Below are positions 55,901 through 64,000 of a stretch of DNA of 64,000 nt, piece after piece. The position numbers and the translations under genes are program-made. The stretch covers positions 436,604,001 to 436,668,000 of the forward strand of contig OZ024740.1 in the NCBI GenBank assembly GCA_964016885.1. Direction: 5' to 3'. This DNA comes from Eledone cirrhosa. Its lineage: Eukaryota. Below the pieces are notes generated by a model that did not search any database, was not told where the DNA came from, and was given only the letters and a program-made list of their open reading frames with translations. Position 1 is the stretch's first letter, and each line of letters starts with the position of its first letter.

Positions 55901-57000
55901 TTGTCTGGTTAGAGAGTGTTGTCTGGTTAGAGAGTGTTGACTGGTTAGAGAGTGTTAACTGGTTATAGAGTGTTGTCTGGTTATAGAGTGTTGTCTGGTT
56001 ATAGGGTGTTGTCTGGTTATAGAGTGTTGTCTGGTTAGAGAGTGTTGTCTGGTTAGAGAGTATTGACTGGTTAGAGAGTGTTGTCTGGTTAGAGAGTGTT
56101 GACTGGTTAGGGAGTGTTGTCTGGTTAGAGAGTGTTGTCGGGTTAGAGAGTGTTGACTGGTTAGAGAGTGTTAACTGGTTATAGAGTGTTGTCTGGTTAT
56201 AGAGTGTTGTCTGGTTATAGAGTGTTGTCTGGTTATAGAGTGTTGTCTGGTTAGAGAGTGTTGTCTGGTTAGAGAGTGTTGACTGGTTAGAGAGTGTTGT
56301 CTGGTTAGAGAGTGTTGACTGGTTAGGGAGTGTTGTCTGGTTAGAGAGTGTTGTCTGGTTAGAGAGTGTTGACTGGTTAGAGAGTGTTAACTTGTTATAG
56401 AGTGTTGTCTGGTTATAGAGTGTTGACTGGTTATAGAGTGTTGTCTGGTTATAGAGTGTTGTCTGGTTATAGAGTGTCGACTGTTTATAGAGTGTTGACT
56501 GGTTATAGAGTGTTGTCTGGTTATAAAGTGTTGACTGGTTATAGAGTGTTGTCTGGTTATAGAGTGTTGACTGGTTATAGAGTGTTGTCTGGTTAGAGAG
56601 TGTCGACTGGTTATAGAGTGTTGACTGGTTAGTGAGTGTTGTCTGGTTATAGAGTATTGTCTGGTTATAGAGTGTTGTCTGGTTATAGAGTGTTGTCTGG
56701 TTAGAGAGTGTCGACTGGTTATAGAGTGTTGACTGGTTATAGAGTGTTGTCTGGTTATAGAGTGTTGACTGGTTATAGAGTGTTGTCTGGTTATAGAGTG
56801 TTGACTGGTTATAGAGTGTTGTCTAGTTATAGAGTGTTGACTGGTTATAGAGTGTTGACTGGTTATAGAGTGTTGTCTGGTTATAGAGTGTTGTCTGGTT
56901 ATAGAGTGTTGTCTGGTTATAGAGTGTTGTCTGGTTATAGAGTGTTGACTGGTTATAGAGTGTTGTCTGGTTATAGAGTGTTGTCTGGTTATAGAGTGTT
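44000..57000. repeat. Array of ~6 copies of a variable-length ~1.7-2.6-kb higher-order repeat
   Basis: A near-identical 70-aa ORF marker starts at 45422, 47744, 50300, 52604, 54296 and 56384. Spacings are 2322, 2556, 2304, 1692 and 2088 bp (129, 142, 128, 94 and 116 units). Confidence 0.92.
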
Positions 57001-59049
57001 GTCTGGTTAGAGAGTGTTGACTGGTTATAGAGTGTTGTCTTGTTATAGAGTGTCGACTGGTTATAGAGTGTTGTCTGGTTATAGAGTGTTGACTGGTTAT
57101 AGAGTGTTGTCTGGTTATAGAGTGTTGTCTGGTTATAGAGTGTTGTCTGGTTATAGAGTGTTGTCTGGTTATAGAGTGTTGTCTGGTTATAGAGTGTTGT
57201 CTGGTTATAGAGTGTTGTCTGGTTATAGAGTGTTGTCTGGTTAGAGAGTGTTGACTGGTTATAGAGTGTTGTCTGGTTATAGAGTGTCGACTGGTTATAG
57301 AGTGTTGACTGGTTATAGAGTGTCGACTGGTTATAGAGTGTTGTCTGCTTATAGAGTGTTGACTGGTTATAGAGTGTTGTCTGGTTATAGAGTGTTGACT
57401 GGTTATAGAGTGTTGTCTGGTTATAGAGTGTTGTCTGGTTATAGAGTGTTGTCTGGTTATAGAGTGTTGTCTGGTTATAGAGTGTTGACTGGTTATAGAG
57501 TGTTGTCTGGTTATAGAGTGTTGTCTGGTTATAGAGTGTTGTCTGGTTATAGAGTGTTGTCTGGTTATAGAGTGTTGTCTGGTTAGAGAGTGTTGACTGG
57601 TTATAGAGTGTTGTCTGGTTATAGAGTGTCGACTGGTTATAGAGTGTTGACTGGTTATAGAGTGTCGACTGGTTATAGAGTGTTGTCTGGTTATAGAGTG
57701 TTGACTGGTTATAGAGTGTTGTCTGGTTATAGAGTGTTGACTGGTTATAGAGTGTTGTCTGGTTATAGAGTGTTGTCTGGTTATAGAGTGTTGTCTGGTT
57801 ATAGAGTGTTGACTGGTTATAGAGTGTTGTCTGGTTATAGAGTGTTGTCTGGTTATAGAGTGTTGACTGGTTATAGAGTGTTGACTGGTTATAGAGTGTT
57901 GTCTGGTTATAGAGTGTTGACTGGTTATAGAGTGTTGTCTGGTTATAGAGTGTCGACTGGTTATAGAGTGTTGTCTGGTTATAGAGTGTCGACTGGTTAT
58001 AGAGTGTTGACTGGTTATAGAGTGTTGACTGGTTATAGAGTGTCGACTGGTTATAGAGTGTTGTCTGGTTATAGAGTGTCGACTGGTTATAGAGTGTTGT
58101 CTGGTTATAGAGTGTTGTCTGGTTATAGAGTGTTGATTGGTTACAGAGTGTTGTCTGGTTATAGAGTGTTGTCTGGTTAGAGAGTGTTGACTGGTTATAG
58201 AGTGTTGTCTGGTTATAGAGTGTTGTCTGGTTAGAGAGTGTTGTCTGGTTACAGAGTGTTGTCTGGTTATAGAGTGTTGTCTGGTTATAGAGTGTTGTCT
58301 GGTTAGAGAGTGTTGTCTGGTTAGAGAGTGTTGACTGGTTATAGAGTGTTGACTGGTTAGAGAGTGTTGTCTGGTTAGAGAGTGTTGACTGGTTATAGAG
58401 TGTTGAATGGTTAGAGAGTGTTGTCTGGTTATAGAGTGTTGATTGGTTATAGAGTGTTGTCTGGTTAGAGAGTGTTGTCTGGTTAGAGAGTGTTGACTGG
58501 TTATAGAGTGTTGACTGGTTAGAGAGTGTTGTCTGGTTATAGAGTGTTGATTGGTTAGAGAGTGTTGACTGGTTAGAGAGTGTTGTCTGGTTATAGAGTG
58601 TTGACTGGTTATAGAGTGTTGTCTGGTTAGAGAGTGTTGTCTGGTTAGAGAGTGTTGACTGGTTATAGAGTGTTGACTGGTTAGAGAGTGTTGTCTGGTT
58701 ATAGAGTGTTGATTGGTTATAGTGTGTTGACTGGTTAGAGAGTGTTGACTGGTTAGAGAGTGTTGTCTGGTTAGAGATTGTTGTCTGGTTAGAGAGTGTC
58801 GTCTGGTTATAGAGTGTTGTCTGGTTATAGAGTGTTGTCTGGTTAGAGAGTGTTGACTGGTTATAGAGTGTTGTCTGGATATAGAGTGTCGACTGGTTAT
58901 AGAGTGTTGACTGGTTATAGAGTGTCGACTGGTTATAGAGTGTTGTCTGGTTATAGAGTGTTGACTGGTTATAGAGTGTTGTCTGGTTATAGAGTGTTGA
59001 CTGGTTATAGAGTGTTGTCTGGTTATAGAGTGTTGACTGGTTATAGAGT

Positions 59050-62000
59050 GTTGTCTGGTTATAGAGTGTTGTCTGGTTATAGAGTGTTGACTGGTTATAG
59101 AGTGTTGACTGGTTATAGAGTGTTGTCTGGTTATAGAGTGTTGACTGGTTATAGAGTGTTGTCTGGTTATAGAGTGTCGACTGGTTATAGAGTGTTGTCT
59201 GGTTATAGAGTGTCGACTGGTTATAGAGTGTTGACTGGTTATAGAGTGTTGACTGGTTATAGAGTGTCGACTGGTTATAGAGTGTTGTCTGGTTATAGAG
59301 TGTCGACTGGTTATAGAGTGTTGTCTGGTTATAGAGTGTTGTCTGGTTATAGAGTGTTGATTGGTTACAGAGTGTTGTCTGGTTATAGAGTGTTGTCTGG
59401 TTAGAGAGTGTTGACTGGTTATAGAGTGTTGTCTGGTTATAGAGTGTTGTCTGGTTAGAGAGTGTTGTCTGGTTACAGAGTGTTGTCTGGTTAGAGAGTG
59501 TTGTCTGGTTAGAGAGTGTTGACTGGTTATAGAGTGTTGACTGGTTAGAGAGTGTTGTCTGGTTATAGAGTGTTGATTGGTTATAGTGTGTTGACTGGTT
59601 AGAGAGTGTTGACTGGTTAGAGAGTGTTGTCTGGTTAGAGATTGTTGTCTGGTTAGAGAGTGTTGTCTGGTTATAGTGTGTTGTCTGGTTAGAGATTGTT
59701 GACTGGTTAGAGAGTGTTGACTGGTTATAGAGTGTTGTCTGGTTAGAGACTGTTGTCTGGTTATAGAGTGTTGTCTGGTTATAGAGTGTTGACTGGTTAG
59801 AGAGTGTTGTCTGGTTAGAGATTGTTGTCTGGTTAGAGATTGTTGACTGGTTAGAGAGTGTTGACTGGTTATAGAGTGTTGTCTGGTTAGAGACTGTTGT
59901 CTGGTTATAGTGTGTTGTCTGGTTAGAGATTGTTGACTGGTTAGAGAGTGTTGACTGGTTATAGAGTGTTGTCTTGTTAGAGACTGTTGTCTGGTTATAG
60001 AGTGTTGTCTGGTTATAGAGTGTTGACTGGTTAGAGAGTGTTGTCTGGTTAGAGATTGTTGTCTGGTTAGAGATTGTTGACTGGTTAGAGAGTGTTGACT
60101 GGTTATAGAGTGTTGTCTGGTTAGAGACTGTTGTCTGGTTATAGTGTGTTGTCTGGTTAGAGATTGTTGACTGGTTAGAGAGTGTTGACTGGTTATACAG
60201 TGTTGTCTGGTTAGAGACTGTTGTCTGGTTATAGAGTGTTGTCTGGTTATAGAGTGTTGACTGGTTAGAGAGTGTTGTCTGGTTAGAGATTGTTGTCTGG
60301 TTAGAGATTGTTGACTGGTTAGAGAGTGTTGACTGGTTATAGAGTGTTGTCTGGTTAGAGACTGTTGTCTGGTTATAGTGTGTTGTCTGGTTAGAGATTG
60401 TTGACTGGTTAGAGAGTGTTGACTGGTTATAGAGTGTTGTCTGGTTAGAGACTGTTGTCTGGTTATAGAGTGTTGTCTGGTTATAGAGTGTTGACTGGTT
60501 AGAGAGTGTTGTCTGGTTAGAGATTGTTGACTGGTTAGAGAGTGTTGACTGGTTATAGAGTGTTGTCTGGTTATAGAGTGTTGTCTGGTTATAGAGTGTT
60601 GACTGGTTAGAGAGTGTTGACTGGTTATAGAGTGTTGACTGGTTAGAGAGTGTTGACTGGTTATAGAGTGTTGACTGGTTAGAGAGTGTTGACTGGTTAT
60701 AGAGTGTTGTCTGGTTATAGAGTGTTGTCTGGTTATAGAGTGTTGACTGGTTATAGAGTGTTGACTGGTTATAGAGTGTTGTCTGGTTATAGAGTGTTGA
60801 CTGGTTATAGAGTGTTGTCTGGTTATAGAGTGTCGACTGGTTATAGAGTGTTGTCTGGTTATAGAGTGTCGACTGGTTATAGATTGTTGACTGGTTATAG
60901 AGTGTTGACTGGTTATAGAGTGTCGACTGGTTATAGAGTGTTGTCTGGTTATAGAGTGTCGACTGGTTATAGAGTGTTGTCTGGTTATAGAGTGTTGTCT
61001 GGTTATAGAGTGTTGATTGGTTACAGAGTGTTGTCTGGTTATAGAGTGTTGTCTGGTTAGAGAGTGTTGACTGGTTATAGAGTGTTGTCTGGTTATAGAG
61101 TGTTGTCTGGTTAGAGAGTGTTGTCTGGTTACAGAGTGTTGTCTGGTTAGAGAGTGTTGTCTGGTTAGAGAGTGTTGACTGGTTATAGAGTGTTGACTGG
61201 TTAGAGAGTGTTGTCTGGTTATAGAGTGTTGATTGGTTATAGTGTGTTGACTGGTTAGAGAGTGTTGACTGGTTAGAGAGTGTTGTCTGGTTAGAGATTG
61301 TTGTCTGGTTAGAGAGTGTTGTCTGGTTATAGTGTGTTGTCTGGTTAGAGATTGTTGACTGGTTAGAGAGTGTTGACTGGTTATAGAGTGTTGTCTGGTT
61401 AGAGACTGTTGTCTGGTTATAGAGTGTTGTCTGGTTATAGAGTGTTGACTGGTTAGAGAGTGTTGTCTGGTTAGAGATTGTTGTCTGGTTAGAGATTGTT
61501 GACTGGTTAGAGAGTGTTGACTGGTTATAGAGTGTTGTCTGGTTAGAGACTGTTGTCTGGTTATAGTGTGTTGTCTGGTTAGAGATTGTTGACTGGTTAG
61601 AGAGTGTTGACTGGTTATAGAGTGTTGTCTTGTTAGAGACTGTTGTCTGGTTATAGAGTGTTGTCTGGTTATAGAGTGTTGACTGGTTAGAGAGTGTTGT
61701 CTGGTTAGAGATTGTTGTCTGGTTAGAGATTGTTGACTGGTTAGAGAGTGTTGACTGGTTATAGAGTGTTGTCTGGTTAGAGACTGTTGTCTGGTTATAG
61801 TGTGTTGTCTGGTTAGAGATTGTTGACTGGTTAGAGAGTGTTGACTGGTTATAGAGTGTTGTCTGGTTAGAGACTGTTGTCTGGTTATAGAGTGTTGTCT
61901 GGTTATAGAGTGTTGACTGGTTAGAGAGTGTTGTCTGGTTAGAGATTGTTGTCTGGTTAGAGATTGTTGACTGGTTAGAGAGTGTTGACTGGTTATAGAG

Positions 62001-62390
62001 TGTTGTCTGGTTAGAGACTGTTGTCTGGTTATAGTGTGTTGTCTGGTTAGAGATTGTTGACTGGTTAGAGAGTGTTGACTGGTTATAGAGTGTTGTCTGG
62101 TTAGAGACTGTTGTCTGGTTATAGAGTGTTGTCTGGTTATAGAGTGTTGACTGGTTAGAGAGTGTTGTCTGGTTAGAGATTGTTGACTGGTTAGAGAGTG
62201 TTGACTGGTTATAGAGTGTTGTCTGGTTATAGAGTGTTGTCTGGTTATAGAGTGTTGACTGGTTAGAGAGTGTTGACTGGTTATAGAGTGTTGACTGGTT
62301 AGAGAGTGTTGACTGGTTATAGAGTGTTGACTGGTTAGAGAGTGTTGACTGGTTATAGAGTGTTGTCTGGTTATAGAGTGTTGTCTGGTT
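59050..62390. repeat. Tandem duplication with a 1656-bp (92-unit) period, containing a nested 234-bp (13-unit) repeat
   Basis: ORF ends 59404/61060 and starts 60686/62342 differ by 1656. AGACT markers at 59750, 59894, 59984, 60128, 60218, 60362 and 60452 alternate at 144 and 90 bp. Confidence 0.9.
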
Positions 62391-64000
62391 ATAGAATGTT
62401 GACTGGTTATAGAGTGTTATCTGGTTATAGAATGTTGACTGGTTATAGAGTGTTGTCTGCTTATAGAGTGTTGACTGGTTATAGAGTGTTGTCTGGTTAT
62501 AGAGTGTTGTCTGGTTATAGAGTGTTGTCTGGTTATAGAGTGTTGTCTGGTTATAGAGTGTTGACTGGTTATAGAGTGTTGTCTGGTTATAGAGTGTTGA
62601 CTGGTTATAGAGTGTTGTCTGGTTATAGAGTGTCGACTGGTTATAGAGTGTTGACTGGTTAGAGAGTGTTGACTGGTTAGAGAGTGTTGACTGGTTAGAG
62701 AGTGTTGTCTGGTTAGAGAGTGTTGACTGGTTAGAGAGTGTTGTCTGGTTAGAGAGTTTTGTCTGGTTATAGAGTGTTGATTGGTTACAGAGTGTTGTCT
62801 GGTTATAGAATGTTGATTGGTTATAGAGTGTTGACTGGTTAGAGAGTGTTGTCTGGTTATAGAGTGTTGACTGGTTATAGAGTGTTGTCTGGTTAGAGAG
62901 TGTTGTCTGGTTAGAGAGTGTTGACTGGTTATAGAGTGTTGACTGGTTAGAGAGTGTTGTCTGGTTATAGAGTGTTGATTGGTTATAGTGTGTTGACTGG
63001 TTAGAGAGTGTTGACTGGTTAGAGAGTGTTGTCTGGTTAGAGATTGTTGTCTGGTTAGAGAGTGTTGTCTGGTTATAGTGTGTTGTCTGGTTAGAGATTG
63101 TTGACTGGTTAGAGAGTGTTGACTGGTTAGAGAGTGTTGTCTGGTTATAGAGTGTTGATTGGTTATAGTGTGTTGACTGGTTAGAGAGTGTTGACTGGTT
63201 AGAGAGTGTTGTCTGGTTAGAGATTGTTGTCTGGTTAGAGAGTGTTGTCTGGTTATAGTGTGTTGTCTGGTTAGAGATTGTTGACTGGTTAGAGAGTGTT
63301 GACTGGTTAGAGAGTGTTGACTGGTTATAGAGTGTTGACTGGTTAGAGAGTGTTGACTGGTTATAGAGTGTTGTCTGGTTATAGAGCGTTGTCTGGTTAT
63401 AGAGTGTTGACTGGTTATAGAGTGTTGTCTGGTTACAGATTGTTGACTGGTTATAGAGTGTTGACTGGTTAGAGAGTGTTGTCTGGTTAGAGAGTGTTGA
63501 CTGGTTATAGAGTGTTGACTGGTTATAGAGTGTTGTCTGGTTAGAGAGTGTTGTCTGGTTAGAGAGTGTTGACTGGTTATAGAGTGTTGACTGGTTACAG
63601 AGTGTTGTCTGGTTAGAGAGTGTTGACTGGTTAGAGAGTGTTGACTGGTTATAGACTGTTTACTGGTTATAGAGTGTTGACTGGTTATAGAGTGTTGACT
63701 GGTTATAGAGCGTTGTCTGGTTATAGAGTGTTGACTGGTTATAGAGTGTTGACTGGTTATAGAGTGTTGTCTGGTTATAAAGTGTTGACTGGTTATAGAG
63801 TGTTGACTGGTTATAGAGTGTTGACTGGTTATAGAGTGTTGACTGGTTATAGAGTGTTGACTGGTTATAGTGTGTTGACTGGTTATAGAGTGTTGACTGG
63901 TTATAGAGTGTTGTCTGGTTATAGAGTGTTGACTGGTTATAGAGAGTTGACTGTTTATAGAGTGTTGACTGGTTATAGAGTGTTGACTGATTATAGAGTG

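Larger units (their letters stand above)
1..64000 (+). repeat. 18-bp tandem satellite/minisatellite array, consensus CTGGTTAKAGAGTGTTGW, ~3,556 units in a single orientation, open at both window ends
   Basis: The unit is readable on every line. It starts at position 1 and at 63969, a net phase shift of -4 mod 18 that matches the three deletions seen (-2, -1, -1). The + strand is G/T-rich (6-7 G to 1 C per unit) and the consensus has no CpG. Confidence 0.99.

Noticed and set aside
18658-62662. Plus-strand ORFs (VLSGYR/VLTGYR repeats)
   Set aside because: They only mark runs of units lacking G at position 8, which creates an in-frame TAG. Starts are GTG/TTG present in almost every unit.
1-64000. 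CRISPR array or other repeat-spacer system
   Set aside because: Units abut directly with no unique spacers, no leader and no cas genes, and variation is limited to point substitutions.
1-64000. Sigma70-like TTGACT (-35) and TATAGA/TAGAGT (-10) motifs; WRKY W-box TTGACT
   Set aside because: Spacings fixed by the unit are 3/21 or 5/23 bp rather than ~17. Short motif matches are expected by chance, and there is no downstream gene or host information.
1-64000. G-quadruplex, hairpin or inversion structure
   Set aside because: There is only one GG per unit and GGG is rare. I saw no inverted segment, and the palindromes are only 6 bp (GTCGAC, GTTAAC).
1-64000. Assignment to a named satellite family or organism
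   Set aside because: I do not recognise the monomer with confidence. It needs a BLASTn, Dfam or Repbase search.

Overview
The whole 64-kb window is one uninterrupted head-to-tail array of an 18-bp unit, consensus CTGGTTA(T/G)AGAGTGTTG(A/T), about 3,556 copies, running off both ends. I see no unique sequence, gene, RNA gene, transposon or CRISPR spacer. All listed ORFs are translations of the repeat: 18 is a multiple of 3, giving 6-aa periodic peptides. Two dimorphic positions give four common unit types, and rare variants act as barcodes. These barcodes reveal nested higher-order repeats at 12-17 units, 60-194 units and 15-25 kb. Only three small deletions break the 18-bp register, and none has been copied. 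The array is most likely eukaryotic satellite/minisatellite DNA; the organism cannot be determined from this window. I found no evidence of a new protein-coding or defence system. The interest lies in array architecture and evolution. Block boundaries were read by eye and are approximate, while offsets between marker variants were counted.
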